From Bacteroidota bacterium (GTDB lineage: Bacteria; Bacteroidota; Bacteroidia; Bacteroidales; FEN-979), in assembly GCA_037138335.1 (NCBI GenBank), contig JBAXIO010000002.1, forward strand, positions 142,315-206,314: 64,000 bases of DNA, in the 5' to 3' direction. The notes beneath the pieces were generated by a model that had not been told where the DNA came from, did no database searches, and worked only from the letters and a program-made list of their open reading frames with translations. Each line of letters begins with the position of its first letter. The first letter of the stretch is position 1. Shown here one piece after another: positions 16,991 through 26,632 of the stretch. The position numbers and the translations under genes are program-made.

Positions 16991-18730
16991 TTATTGGCCG
17001 TCGGCCGGATGTAATTCTTCCTCAACTGAACCGGGTAAACTGTTATCAGGCTGGGAGTATTTCCCTGCAAGTATCCCTGCATACCTGTCGGCATCGCTTA
17101 GCACTCCGATGGCTTCTTTCAGCACAGTATCGGTTTTAAGGGAACCTATGATCTTTCCTTTCTGGTAATAGTACCTGGCGAGGATGTCCATTTTAAGGAG
17201 TTCATGAACCTGGTCGCTGTATTTGTTCAGGTCTTCCTTTTTATCATTATCCATGCTGGTTTGAAGAAGATCAAGTTCCCCTTTAATGGCATCGTAATAC
17301 TTCTCTTTTTCAGCTTCTTTTCTTAGTTTCTCCAGGGCAAGTTCGCTCCGGGTGGTATACTTGTAGTCCTTGTCCTTCAGGAAGTTCAGGAAGTCGTTAT
17401 ATATGCTGTCGGTGATCTCGAACTGGTCGGCAGGAAGAATTCCGGGATGCGAACGTTCGAACCTTGTTCCATAGTCGAAGATGAGGAATTTGTTATAAAG
17501 GGCCAGGGCGATGTTGCTGATTTTACGCTCACTGGTTTTCACATCCGGGCTGATTCCGCCCCCGTCGTAAACTTTACGGCCATGCTTTGTTTTGAACTCG
17601 CGTATCAGTGAATCGGGTATTTTATCGAAAGCGCCCTGTTTGTTTTTATGGGAATAGTCGATGGCTTGGATACAACGCCCGCTGGGGATATAGTACTTCG
17701 CCACGGTAATCTTCATCTGGGCATTGAAACTAAGGGGCACAACATTCTGCACCAGGCCCTTGCCGAATGTACGCTGACCCAGCACAACGCCGCGGTCAAG
17801 GTCCTGTATCGACCCTGCGAGGATTTCAGAAGCCGAGGCGCTCTGGTTGTCGACCAGGATGACTATAGGTATCTCTGTGTCAACGGGGGTCGAAGAGGTA
17901 TAATGCACCTGGTTTTTGTCGGCTTTTTGTCCTTTGGTGGAAACTATCTCCTGGCCCTTTTCGACGAACAGGTTGGCGATGTCGACGGCCTCGTTCAGCA
18001 AACCACCCCCGTTCCCGCGGATGTCGATGATAAGACCTTTCAGGGTATTGTTTTCCTTGAGTTTCATGAAGGCCTGGCGGAATTCCTTTGATGCATTCTG
18101 GGTGAAGCCCGTGAGTTTGATATAGGCTATGCCGTCGGAAAGTATACCGGCATAAGGGACATTATCAATTTTAATGTTTTCACGGATGATGTTTTTAGTC
18201 AGGGTGTCGGCGGGGGATTTGCGCTCTATAACCAGGTTCACCTGTGTGCCGGCCTGTCCTTTGAGTACTGCGCTTACATCATCGTATGTCTTATTGACCG
18301 CGGCCTGTCCGTTGATCCTGATAATTTTGTCGCCTGCCTTAAGGTCGGATTTCTGGGCCGGGGATCCCTCGTAAGGCTCGGAAATAACAACGTATTTGCC
18401 CTGCTGGTGGATCAGGGCTCCGATGCCTCCGTACTGGCCAGTGGTGATAAACCGGTAATCTTCAACCTGGTTCTCGGGGATGAAATTTGTATACGGGTCA
18501 AGGGATTCAAGCATTGCATCGATGCCGGTCTGGGTAAGCTGGCCCGGGTTGATCACATCGACGTAATCGGTACTTAGTTCTTTCATCATACTGGAATAAA
18601 TATCCAGGTTCTTTAAAAGTTCGAAACCGATTTGTGTATTGTTATCCTTTTTTGCTCCCTTATCCTGGGCATCAACAGAAAAAGAAATTCCCAGTAATAT
18701 TATGAAAAGGATGATTCTCGATTTTATCAT
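16991..18730 (-). CDS. S41-family carboxyl-terminal processing peptidase with PDZ domain
   Basis: 'LIIDIRGNGGGLL', 'VILVDNQSASASEILAGSIQD', 'GQRTFGKGLVQ'. PDZ 'LKAGDKIIRINGQ'. The ATG at 18730 yields the signal peptide 'MIKSRIILFIILLGISFSVDA'. The ORF-track start at 18781 is GTG and lies inside a repeat. Confidence 0.86.
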   Translation of the reverse strand: MIKSRIILFIILLGISFSVDAQDKGAKKDNNTQIGFELLKNLDIYSSMMKELSTDYVDVINPGQLTQTGIDAMLESLDPYTNFIPENQVEDYRFITTGQYGGIGALIHQQGKYVVISEPYEGSPAQKSDLKAGDKIIRINGQAAVNKTYDDVSAVLKGQAGTQVNLVIERKSPADTLTKNIIRENIKIDNVPYAGILSDGIAYIKLTGFTQNASKEFRQAFMKLKENNTLKGLIIDIRGNGGGLLNEAVDIANLFVEKGQEIVSTKGQKADKNQVHYTSSTPVDTEIPIVILVDNQSASASEILAGSIQDLDRGVVLGQRTFGKGLVQNVVPLSFNAQMKITVAKYYIPSGRCIQAIDYSHKNKQGAFDKIPDSLIREFKTKHGRKVYDGGGISPDVKTSERKISNIALALYNKFLIFDYGTRFERSHPGILPADQFEITDSIYNDFLNFLKDKDYKYTTRSELALEKLRKEAEKEKYYDAIKGELDLLQTSMDNDKKEDLNKYSDQVHELLKMDILARYYYQKGKIIGSLKTDTVLKEAIGVLSDADRYAGILAGKYSQPDNSLPGSVEEELHPADGQ

Positions 18731-18763
18731 ATTCAGCTTTTCTTTTCTCTTAATGCTTTCTTT

Positions 18764-18791
18764 ACACTGATCACCATTCACTGATCACCGT
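18764..18791. repeat. Third array of the TCACYNN heptamer repeat family
   Basis: 'ACACTGA TCACCAT TCACTGA TCACCGT'. The reverse complement of 18768-18785 matches 15477-15494 at 17 of 18 positions. Lies 15 nt downstream of the yidD stop. Confidence 0.7.
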
Positions 18792-18805
18792 TGACGGCTC
18801 CCGGT

Positions 18806-19027
18806 CTAAGGTACCGGGTCATACCCCTGCCCGCCCCAGGGATGGCATCGTCCCAAACGCCTCAATGTCATCCACCCTCCCCTGAACGGACCGTGTTTGC
18901 GTATAGCCTCCATCCCGTATTCGGAACAACTTGGCGTAAAACGGCAGGAAGGCATAAGGTAGGGTGAAACAGCTCCCTGGTAGAACCTTATAAGAAGGAT
19001 GAAAAAACAACTAAGAACCTGTTTCAC
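18806..19027 (-). CDS. yidD: Membrane protein insertion efficiency factor
   Basis: 73 aa. '[35 protein letters not shown]' and 'RLGRCHPW' are the YidD signature. GTG start. Overlaps the rnpA stop. Confidence 0.86.
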   Translation of the reverse strand: MKQVLSCFFILLIRFYQGAVSPYLMPSCRFTPSCSEYGMEAIRKHGPFRGGWMTLRRLGRCHPWGGQGYDPVP

Positions 19028-19400
19028 TCTCTTCTTTTAAACGGCGTAAAAGTAAGATTATTTTATCTTGTATTGCCTTATAGCTCAGGATTTCTTTCGA
19101 TGTATAGGTTATGCAAAAACCGAGGCTTGAAATGCCTGAAGGACCTTCGCCGCAGAGGGCTGATTTGTTCAGCCGGTAAGCTTCCCTGATTCGACGCTTC
19201 AACAGGTTGCGATCTGTAGATCTCCTGTGGATTGCTTTAGGGACGCTGATCAGGATCCGGTTGTAAGGCCCCGGCTGAGCATCTGTTTTCATCCATGTGA
19301 CCTTTAAAGGATGCATTGTAAAGGTATGGCCGGTTGAAAACAGGGCCCTGATTAACCTGAACCCATGGAGCCGTTCGTTTTTTGAAAATGTAAGAGGCAT
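19011..19400 (-). CDS. rnpA: Ribonuclease P protein component
   Basis: 129 aa, basic. '[15 protein letters not shown]' and '[19 protein letters not shown]' (RNR-type motif). Conserved rnpA-yidD adjacency. Confidence 0.82.
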   Translation of the reverse strand: MPLTFSKNERLHGFRLIRALFSTGHTFTMHPLKVTWMKTDAQPGPYNRILISVPKAIHRRSTDRNLLKRRIREAYRLNKSALCGEGPSGISSLGFCITYTSKEILSYKAIQDKIILLLRRLKEESETGS

Positions 19401-19450
19401 TTAATGGTGAATTTACCCGGTTCACTTAAGCGGTGGACGCCGGCCCCGGT

Positions 19451-20209
19451 TTACTTTTTCCTGGCTTCCTTTGAGAGGAACTGTTCAATAGCGCTTGTGA
19501 TGGACGGAGCTTCTTTTGTTGGGGCTTCGATGTCAAGCCTCAAACCTGAATCCTGGATAGTTTTGGCAACACTTGGGCCAAGGGCGGCAAGGACGGTATT
19601 ACCCTGTTCGAAGTCGGGGTAATTCTTAAACAGCGATTTGATCCCCGAAGGGCTGAAGAAAACCAGCATGTCGAATTTGGTGATGTCGGTGTCGGACATA
19701 TCACGGGCCAGGGTACGGTATATAATGGCCTTTTTATAAACTACTTTACTGTCTTCAAGCATTTTCGGCACATCCTGCTTATGCACGTCTGAGCATGGAA
19801 GGAGGAATTTCTCGTTTTTATGCTTTTTTATCAGGTCCACAAATAATGAAAAATTTTCCTTGCTGTGGAATATCTTTCTCTTCCTGAACTGAACATATTT
19901 CTGAAGGTAATAAGCTGTTGATTCTGAAATACTGAAATACTTCATGGTTTCGGGAACCTCAACCCTCATTTCCTTGCAGATCCTGAAAAAATGGTCGACG
20001 GCATTTTTTGAAGTGAAAATTATAGCCGTGTAATCAAGTATATTGATCCTGTCTTTCCTGAATTCTTTTGCCGGTACACCTTCAATCCTTATTAATTGCC
20101 GGAAAGTGAAGTTGACACAGAATTTACGGCCGATCTCTGCATACGGAGATTTTTCAAAATCGGTCGGCTGGGGCTGAGAAACAAGGATATTCCTGATCTT
20201 CAATTTCAA
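19451..20209 (-). CDS. hemD: Uroporphyrinogen-III synthase family protein
   Basis: 252 aa. Two-lobed HemD-like pattern ('ILVSQPQP', 'AIIFTSKNAVDHFF', 'MLVFFSPSGIKSLF'). TTG start in the track. Followed by a DUF4271-type gene, a pairing I recall as common in Bacteroidota. Confidence 0.65.
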   Translation of the reverse strand: MKLKIRNILVSQPQPTDFEKSPYAEIGRKFCVNFTFRQLIRIEGVPAKEFRKDRINILDYTAIIFTSKNAVDHFFRICKEMRVEVPETMKYFSISESTAYYLQKYVQFRKRKIFHSKENFSLFVDLIKKHKNEKFLLPCSDVHKQDVPKMLEDSKVVYKKAIIYRTLARDMSDTDITKFDMLVFFSPSGIKSLFKNYPDFEQGNTVLAALGPSVAKTIQDSGLRLDIEAPTKEAPSITSAIEQFLSKEARKK

Positions 20210-20238
20210 TGGTGTATTTAGTCAGACAATCAATGAAA

Positions 20239-21027
20239 TCAAAAGCCCTTATTGAACAGGTAAAGCCCTTTCAGGATTACCAGCAGGGGCAGGATTTCGA
20301 GGCTGCAAAGATACACAAATAAAAATAAATAGGAAAATTTCTTAAGTGAAATTCCTATAAAAAAACCTCGCATCACCCTAAAAAAACTCATTAATCCAAT
20401 GATAACCAATGTAATATATAGCAGAATGTTTGATTGCAGGAACAGGACCAGGATCAGGAGTGGAAGCAGGATAAGACCGGTAATAAAGGAAAAGGAAAGA
20501 AGGTTTTGAAGATAGACATGGGTCGTAGGCATTGTTTTAAATACAATACCAAGAAAGCGGATGGCTGAAATTTTAATCGACCAGAAAACAATGAACCCGG
20601 CAGTGCAAGCGAGAAAAACCTGGTACTCGGGGAAACGGGAAATGATATCCGGAAGCCATTCTTTAATAGTAAGTACCAGAAAGAAGCTGAAAGTGAAAAT
20701 GTAAACGATCGAAAGCGCCATGCTGACCCTTTCCTTGAACAGGCTTCCTTCTTTTGTCAGGATGTTCAGGAAGCGCTGGGAGAGGGGTGCGCGATAGATT
20801 TGCCGCAGGCGTTTAAAATAAAAGAAATGGGACCAGGCGAAAATGATCAGGCAGGCGAGAAACGAGAGGATGATCCAGTCGGCAGGATAATGCTGGTGTT
20901 CTGAATTCCTGAATGCAGTAGGGTGTAGATGGTGTGAGCTGAACAGGGAAGATCGGTAATTAAAAGACGGCCTGTCAATACTTTGCAGGGTAAAGGTTGT
21001 GTCGGTTGAATGTGTGGTGGACCTCAT
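20239..21027 (-). CDS. DUF4271-like polytopic membrane protein
   Basis: About six hydrophobic helices. The start is placed at the ATG that forms an ATGA overlap with the upstream pseudouridine synthase stop; the ORF-track start is 21066. Confidence 0.5.
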   Translation of the reverse strand: MRSTTHSTDTTFTLQSIDRPSFNYRSSLFSSHHLHPTAFRNSEHQHYPADWIILSFLACLIIFAWSHFFYFKRLRQIYRAPLSQRFLNILTKEGSLFKERVSMALSIVYIFTFSFFLVLTIKEWLPDIISRFPEYQVFLACTAGFIVFWSIKISAIRFLGIVFKTMPTTHVYLQNLLSFSFITGLILLPLLILVLFLQSNILLYITLVIIGLMSFFRVMRGFFIGISLKKFSYLFLFVYLCSLEILPLLVILKGLYLFNKGF

Positions 21028-21734
21028 GTTGCTGAAGGGGTGAACAGGGCTGCAAAGTGGTTCCACAGGGTGTCGTCGGGAGTAGGAGCTACGATCACCA
21101 GCGGCTCTTTTCTTACAGGGTGGACCAGGGTGACCGACCTTGCATGGAGATGGATTGAGCCGTCGGGGTTTGACCTGGGGTAACCATATTTAAGGTCCCC
21201 GCGGATAGGGCATCCGATATGGGAAAGCTGCGCCCTGATCTGGTGATGCCTTCCTGTGATCAGCTCAACCCCGATCAGGTAATAATCTTTACTTTTTCCT
21301 AGCACATTGTAGTTGAGTTCGGCGAGCTGGGTATGTTTGTCGGGTTCAGGCCTGATAAAGGATTTGTTTTTGACCTCATCCCTCCAGAGATGGTTTTGAA
21401 GGTGGCCGCTCTCCTGTGGCGGCATGGTTTTAACAACGGCCCAGTAGGTTTTATGAATCGTGCCGGCCTTGAGCATTTCATTCAGGCGGCTCAGTGATTT
21501 GGAGGTCCTGGCAAAGATCACCGCCCCGCTTACGGGCCTGTCGATGCGGTGTACCACCCCCAGAAAAACCTCGCCGGGCTTGTTGTACCTGACCTTGATA
21601 TACGCCTTGATCTTTTCGCTGAGGGGCTGGTCACCTGTTTTATCCCCCTGGACTATCTCGGAAGGAAGTTTATTAACAACCAGGAGGTGATTGTCGGCAT
21701 ACAAAATACGGCTCTCAATACTGCTCACGTTCAT
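21024..21734 (-). CDS. RluA-family pseudouridine synthase
   Basis: 236 aa. Catalytic block '[21 protein letters not shown]' and '[11 protein letters not shown]'. Confidence 0.84.
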   Translation of the reverse strand: MNVSSIESRILYADNHLLVVNKLPSEIVQGDKTGDQPLSEKIKAYIKVRYNKPGEVFLGVVHRIDRPVSGAVIFARTSKSLSRLNEMLKAGTIHKTYWAVVKTMPPQESGHLQNHLWRDEVKNKSFIRPEPDKHTQLAELNYNVLGKSKDYYLIGVELITGRHHQIRAQLSHIGCPIRGDLKYGYPRSNPDGSIHLHARSVTLVHPVRKEPLVIVAPTPDDTLWNHFAALFTPSAT

Positions 21735-22539
21735 TCGGGAAATTGAGCGATTTTATATCGTTTATGTATGAATCCACTGCTCCTTTTATTTCTTCTGAAA
21801 GGTTGTGATACCGCCTCAGGAACCTCGGCGAGAATTCCATGGTGATACCAAGCATGTCATGAAGCACAAGCACCTGTCCGTCAACTTCGGCTCCTGCCCC
21901 GATCCCGATCAGGGGGATCTTCAGCTCCCTGGCAACCTGCCCGCCGAGTTTTGCGGGGATCTTTTCCAGGACAATTGCGAAACATCCCGAGTTTTCAAGC
22001 AAATGGGCATCTTCAACGAGCTTGGCGGCTTCCGACTCATTGGTGGCCCGCACAACATAGGTGCCGAACTTATGTATCGATTGAGGGGTTAGGCCCAGGT
22101 GCCCCATCACAGGGATACCTGCCGAAAGTATCCTGTCGACCGATTCTATGATCTCCTTGCCGCCTTCCATTTTTACTGCATCGGCGCCGCTTTCCTTCAT
22201 GATGCGGATAGCTGAATTGAGCGCTTCCTTGGAATTCCCCTGGTAGGTGCCAAACGGCAGGTCAACAACAACCAGGGCGCGTTTTACGGCCCTTACCACC
22301 GACGAGGCATGGTAGATCATCTCATTGAGAGTGATAGGCAGAGTTGAAGTGTAACCTGCCATCACATTGGAAGCGGAATCCCCCACAAGTATTATATCAA
22401 TACCTGTGCTTTCCAGGATCTTGGCAAAAGAAAAATCATATGCCGTAAGCATGGCAATTTTTTCCCCCTTGGATTTCATCTCCTGTAAAACATGTGTGGT
22501 CACCTTAGTGACATTGCGAAAGGAATACGAAGCCGACAT
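21715..22539 (-). CDS. panB: 3-methyl-2-oxobutanoate hydroxymethyltransferase
   Basis: '[36 protein letters not shown]', '[11 protein letters not shown]', 'AVKMEGG'. The ORF-track start at 22560 is TTG; the first ATG is at 22539. Confidence 0.9.
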   Translation of the reverse strand: MSASYSFRNVTKVTTHVLQEMKSKGEKIAMLTAYDFSFAKILESTGIDIILVGDSASNVMAGYTSTLPITLNEMIYHASSVVRAVKRALVVVDLPFGTYQGNSKEALNSAIRIMKESGADAVKMEGGKEIIESVDRILSAGIPVMGHLGLTPQSIHKFGTYVVRATNESEAAKLVEDAHLLENSGCFAIVLEKIPAKLGGQVARELKIPLIGIGAGAEVDGQVLVLHDMLGITMEFSPRFLRRYHNLSEEIKGAVDSYINDIKSLNFPNEREQY

Positions 22540-22658
22540 AAGCTCAGAATTTGAACGCAAAGGTATTACAATAAAATTTGTTTCCGACTGAATCGTTTAT
22601 TTCAAATAATTCATGCTTTATAATTATATTTGCAAAACCAATGTCATCCTGCCAATTC

Positions 22659-23651
22659 ATGAAAAAATACTATTCTCTGCTGATTCTTGCCTGCGCACTG
22701 CTCATGCTGGGTTCCTGCAAAAAGACCCTGGTTGTGAATGCCGACTGGAAAGATGTTACCATTGTATACGGCCTTCTTGACCAGACTGAATCCGTTCATT
22801 ATGTAAAAATCACCAAAGCCTACCTTGGCCCGGGGGATGCCATTAAATTTGCACAAATCCCCGATTCAAGCGAATATTCCCACCCGCTTAAGGCGACTAT
22901 GGAGGAACTGAACGGCTCAACCCTCCTTCGCACGATTACCCTTCATGATACCCTGATCCAAAACAAGGACAGCGGTGTCTTCTATTTCCCTGTTCAGCAT
23001 ATGTTTTGCACTTATGCCCAGCTATCACCTGATCTTACATATCATCTTATCGTAAAAGACAGCGTTACGAATAAAGTGATTGAAGGCACTGCCACCCTGG
23101 TCAGTGATTTCGATATAGAACGACCCACTATTTTCACCCGGGCTACTACCTTCCAGTCGGGTAAAAGCTCCGAAGTGAAATGGATCTCGGCCAAATCGGG
23201 GAAACGTTACCAGGTTAATCTAAGGATACGCTATGCAGAAGCTACCATAGGGGTCCCTAATTCAACAGTTATTAAAAGCCTTGACTGGCTTGCACTTACC
23301 GATATCAAGTCGCTCTCTGAAAAAGGCGGGCAAACCATGGACTATTTTATCAACGGGGATGCATTCTATATTTTTATGGGATCACATATCCCGGTTGACC
23401 CAACGGTTACACGGGCCCTGAGGGATTGTGATTATATTTTCACTGTTGGTTCGGAAGACCTGAGCACGTATATGGATGTAACCGCACCCTCCAATACCAT
23501 CATCCAGGAGAGACCTGCTTTCTCAGATATTGTCAACGGCATCGGACTGTTTACTGCCCGGGTTGTAAAATCAGTAGACACCCTGCGGTTCAGTACCTTT
23601 ACCCTCGACGAGATCAAAACAAACCAGTATACCAAAGACCTGGGTTTCTAA
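22659..23651 (+). CDS. Hypothetical lipoprotein (possibly DUF4249-like)
   Basis: The ATG at 22659 gives 'MKKYYSLLILACALLMLGSCKK' (lipobox). No catalytic motif recognised. The DUF assignment is tentative. Confidence 0.5.
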   Translation: MKKYYSLLILACALLMLGSCKKTLVVNADWKDVTIVYGLLDQTESVHYVKITKAYLGPGDAIKFAQIPDSSEYSHPLKATMEELNGSTLLRTITLHDTLIQNKDSGVFYFPVQHMFCTYAQLSPDLTYHLIVKDSVTNKVIEGTATLVSDFDIERPTIFTRATTFQSGKSSEVKWISAKSGKRYQVNLRIRYAEATIGVPNSTVIKSLDWLALTDIKSLSEKGGQTMDYFINGDAFYIFMGSHIPVDPTVTRALRDCDYIFTVGSEDLSTYMDVTAPSNTIIQERPAFSDIVNGIGLFTARVVKSVDTLRFSTFTLDEIKTNQYTKDLGF

Positions 23652-23769
23652 TCTTCCTTTCACATTTTCTGTCTTTTTGTCATTTTTTGTCAGGGATTTT
23701 TCTTTTGGCACAATGATTGACATTTAAGACGTACTTCTCAAAATATACTTAGAAAGGAGATAATTTAAT

Positions 23770-25692
23770 ATGGGAAAAATAATTGGAATTGATTTAGGAA
23801 CTACAAACTCCTGCGTTGCAGTGATGGAAGGTAATGAACCTGTTGTTATTGCAAACAGTGAAGGAAGAAGAACAACCCCTTCGATTGTTGCATTTACCGA
23901 TAACGGTGAAAGAAAAGTCGGGGATCCTGCCAAACGTCAGGCAATCACAAACCCCACGAATACGGTTTCTTCAATAAAACGTTTCATGGGCGAAACCTAT
24001 GACCAGGTTCAGGTTGAAATAAAACGTGTACCGTATAAAGTTGCCAAGGGTGACAACAATACCCCCAGGGTTGACATTAACGGAAAGCTGTATACTCCCC
24101 AGGAGATATCAGCCATGGTTCTTCAGAAGATGAAAAAAACTGCCGAAGATTATCTCGGGCAGGAAATAAAGGATGCTGTGATCACGGTTCCTGCTTACTT
24201 CAGCGATTCGCAGAGGCAGGCAACAAAGGAAGCCGGCGAGATTGCAGGCCTGAATGTTAAACGTATTATCAATGAACCTACTGCTGCAGCCCTTGCCTAC
24301 GGCCTCGATAAAAAGCATAAAGATATTAAGGTTGCCGTGTATGACCTGGGTGGCGGTACATTCGATATTTCAATTCTCGAGCTGGGCGACGGTGTGTTTG
24401 AAGTTAAATCCACCAATGGGAATACCCACCTGGGAGGTGATGATTTTGACCAGATCGTGATCGACTGGCTGGCCGATGAATTTCTGAAAGACGAAGGGAT
24501 TGACCTGCGTAAGGACCCGATGGCATTACAGCGCCTGAAAGAAGCTGCAGAAAAAGCCAAGATAGAACTCTCAAGTTCTGCTGAAACAGAGATCAACCTG
24601 CCTTACATTATGCCGGTTGACGGAGTTCCCAAGCACCTTGTGAAGAAGCTTACAAGAGCTAAATTCGAACAGCTTGTCGATCGCCTTATGCAATCGACCA
24701 TTCCTCCCTGCCAGCAGGCATTGAAGGATGCCGGGATGAACCCTTCCGACGTTGATGAAGTGATCCTGGTAGGTGGATCTACAAGGATCCCCGCCATCCA
24801 GAAGATAGTCAAGGATTTCTTCGGAAAAGAGCCTTCCAAAGGCGTAAATCCCGATGAGGTTGTTGCAGTTGGTGCAGCTATCCAGGGAGGCGTTCTTACA
24901 GGCGAGGTAAAAGATGTACTGCTTCTTGATGTAACCCCGCTTTCACTCGGGATTGAGACCCTGGGCGGTGTTATGACAAGGCTGATAGAATCGAATACCA
25001 CTATACCTACAAAGAAATCAGAGGTGTTCTCGACTGCGGCGGATAGCCAGACAACTGTTGAGATCCATGTCCTCCAGGGTGAACGCCCTATGGCTACCCA
25101 GAACAAAAGCATAGGAAGGTTCCACCTTGACGGTATACCGCCTGCTCCCAGGGGGATTCCGCAGGTCGAAGTCATTTTCGATATAGACGCTAACGGGATA
25201 CTGCATGTGACCGCAAAGGATAAAGCAACAGGCAAATCCCAGCAGATCAGGATAGAAGCTTCATCGGGCCTTTCCGACGACGATATCAGGAAGATGAAGG
25301 AGGAAGCCCAGCGCAATGCCGATATCGACAAGAAAATGAAGGAAGAGGTCGATAAGATCAACCAGGCCGATACCATGATATTCCAAACGGAAAAGCAGCT
25401 GAAGGAATTCGGCGACAAGGTTCCTGCCGACAAGAAAGGCGGCATCGAACATGCCCTTGAAGAACTTAAAACCGCTCATAAAAACCGCGACGTGGCAGCT
25501 ATTGACAAAGCTCTTGCAAACCTGAATGCCATATGGCAAACAGCAAGCGAAGAGATGTACAAGAACTCCCAGGGAGCCCAGCAGGGACCGCAGGGCGGAC
25601 CCCAGCCAGGCCAGGAACAGGGGGCAGGCCAGAAAAGTTCGGGAAATGATGAAGTCACCGATGTAGACTTCGAGGAAGTCAAAGACAAATAA
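23770..25692 (+). CDS. dnaK: Molecular chaperone DnaK (Hsp70)
   Basis: 640 aa. '[13 protein letters not shown]', '[10 protein letters not shown]', '[11 protein letters not shown]' and the C-terminal '[10 protein letters not shown]'. Confidence 0.98.
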   Translation: MGKIIGIDLGTTNSCVAVMEGNEPVVIANSEGRRTTPSIVAFTDNGERKVGDPAKRQAITNPTNTVSSIKRFMGETYDQVQVEIKRVPYKVAKGDNNTPRVDINGKLYTPQEISAMVLQKMKKTAEDYLGQEIKDAVITVPAYFSDSQRQATKEAGEIAGLNVKRIINEPTAAALAYGLDKKHKDIKVAVYDLGGGTFDISILELGDGVFEVKSTNGNTHLGGDDFDQIVIDWLADEFLKDEGIDLRKDPMALQRLKEAAEKAKIELSSSAETEINLPYIMPVDGVPKHLVKKLTRAKFEQLVDRLMQSTIPPCQQALKDAGMNPSDVDEVILVGGSTRIPAIQKIVKDFFGKEPSKGVNPDEVVAVGAAIQGGVLTGEVKDVLLLDVTPLSLGIETLGGVMTRLIESNTTIPTKKSEVFSTAADSQTTVEIHVLQGERPMATQNKSIGRFHLDGIPPAPRGIPQVEVIFDIDANGILHVTAKDKATGKSQQIRIEASSGLSDDDIRKMKEEAQRNADIDKKMKEEVDKINQADTMIFQTEKQLKEFGDKVPADKKGGIEHALEELKTAHKNRDVAAIDKALANLNAIWQTASEEMYKNSQGAQQGPQGGPQPGQEQGAGQKSSGNDEVTDVDFEEVKDK

Positions 25693-25714
25693 TCAGGTTA
25701 TCAACATCAATGCA

Positions 25715-25745
25715 GGGCCGTCATGCACAGTGACGGCCTTTTTTT
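25715..25745 (+). terminator. Rho-independent terminator of dnaK
   Basis: 'GGGCCGTCA-TGCACAG-TGACGGCC' followed by TTTTTTT, 23 nt after the dnaK stop. Confidence 0.75.
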
Positions 25746-25815
25746 ACTCATAGCTGTATTTCATGTATCACTTTTACGGCTTCGCCGGATAAAGGAGTAC
25801 GATAATCTCAGCTAT

Positions 25816-26592
25816 ATGAAAACAATTGGAACGCTTGTTTGCTCTGTCCTGCTGTCAGTGTCAGCGATAAGGGGCCAGGGCTTTGAAACATTTCAGAATT
25901 TCCCGGTACTGTCGGGGAGCTATGCCAACGGCAGCTTCACGGGGACCGACGGCTCTGACTGGACTTATATTCAATGCCGTGGTGATAAGGTTATTGAACT
26001 GCCTACTCCCTGCCTTGGAAAGAAACGGAATGCACTTCCCAAACTGGTTTCAGGTATGATCCACCATGGATGCGGCAAGATTATATTTACATACCGCCAG
26101 GCCTTCTCAACTGCGGTTAACCTGGATCTGCTCATCAATGGGGATCTTGTGAAGAATGTCATCAGCGCCGGGGGAAATGCCGATACAAGCCTGGTACATT
26201 CTTCCGACAGCATTAATGCAGGCATCCCGGGTGATTTTATAATTGAATTCAGGCAGGCCGACAGTCTGAACTCCGGGCAGGTGTGTATCGACAATGTTTA
26301 CTGGACACCCTATGAATCCGGTCTCGGAAGCGAAGAAAAAATTGCAGGCGGTTCTCCCCACAGGCCGTTGAAATTCATCTGGCTGGGAAAACCGATCAGC
26401 ATTTATTGCCAGGTGGAAGGAATAAAAGAACTTGCCATTTATTCAACAGAAGGGGGGCTGGTCAGGGACCTGTTCTTTTCAGGGTTTTACGCATCCCTGT
26501 TCCTTGACAATTGTCCTGAGGGTATTTACATAGCCATCCTCCGTGATAAAGAAAAGAACTTCATAAGCAAAGGGAAATTGGTTTTTTATTGA
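25816..26592 (+). CDS. Hypothetical secreted protein, probable T9SS type-A C-terminal domain
   Basis: The ATG at 25816 gives the signal peptide 'MKTIGTLVCSVLLSVSAIRGQ'. The last ~75 aa ('LAIYSTEGGLVRDL...CPEGIYIAILRDKEKNFISKGKLV') fit the usual CTD pattern. The N-terminal domain is unassigned. Confidence 0.45.
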   Translation: MKTIGTLVCSVLLSVSAIRGQGFETFQNFPVLSGSYANGSFTGTDGSDWTYIQCRGDKVIELPTPCLGKKRNALPKLVSGMIHHGCGKIIFTYRQAFSTAVNLDLLINGDLVKNVISAGGNADTSLVHSSDSINAGIPGDFIIEFRQADSLNSGQVCIDNVYWTPYESGLGSEEKIAGGSPHRPLKFIWLGKPISIYCQVEGIKELAIYSTEGGLVRDLFFSGFYASLFLDNCPEGIYIAILRDKEKNFISKGKLVFY

Positions 26593-26632
26593 GGACGCTT
26601 TTTCGCTATTTTTGCGGAGCCAACAAGCTCTT

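Noticed and set aside
18731-18781. N-terminal extension of the S41 peptidase ORF ('MNGDQCKESIKRKEKLN') starting at GTG 18781.
   Set aside because: The extension runs through the heptamer repeat and has no signal-peptide character. The ATG at 18730 is immediately followed by a canonical signal peptide.
1086-22560. Pantothenate genes (panD-panC at 1086-2312, panB at 21715-22539) considered as a split biosynthetic island.
   Set aside because: Dispersed pan genes among housekeeping genes are ordinary. Nothing in the sequence suggests mobility or unusual organisation.
23652-23769. Search for a heat-shock operator (CIRCE-type inverted repeat) or a clear promoter upstream of dnaK.
   Set aside because: No inverted repeat resembling TTAGCACTC-N9-GAGTGCTAA is present, and there is no exact TAnnTTTG element. 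Only T-rich tracts are seen, so no regulatory feature is reported.
24603-25445. 280-aa ORF antisense to dnaK, plus other ORFs at 23724, 24109, 24297, 25018, 25261 and 25476.
   Set aside because: They lie entirely within the unambiguous dnaK reading frame on the opposite strand or in another frame. Their translations are low-complexity, Ser/Pro-rich, with no motifs. These are typical shadow ORFs of a highly conserved gene.
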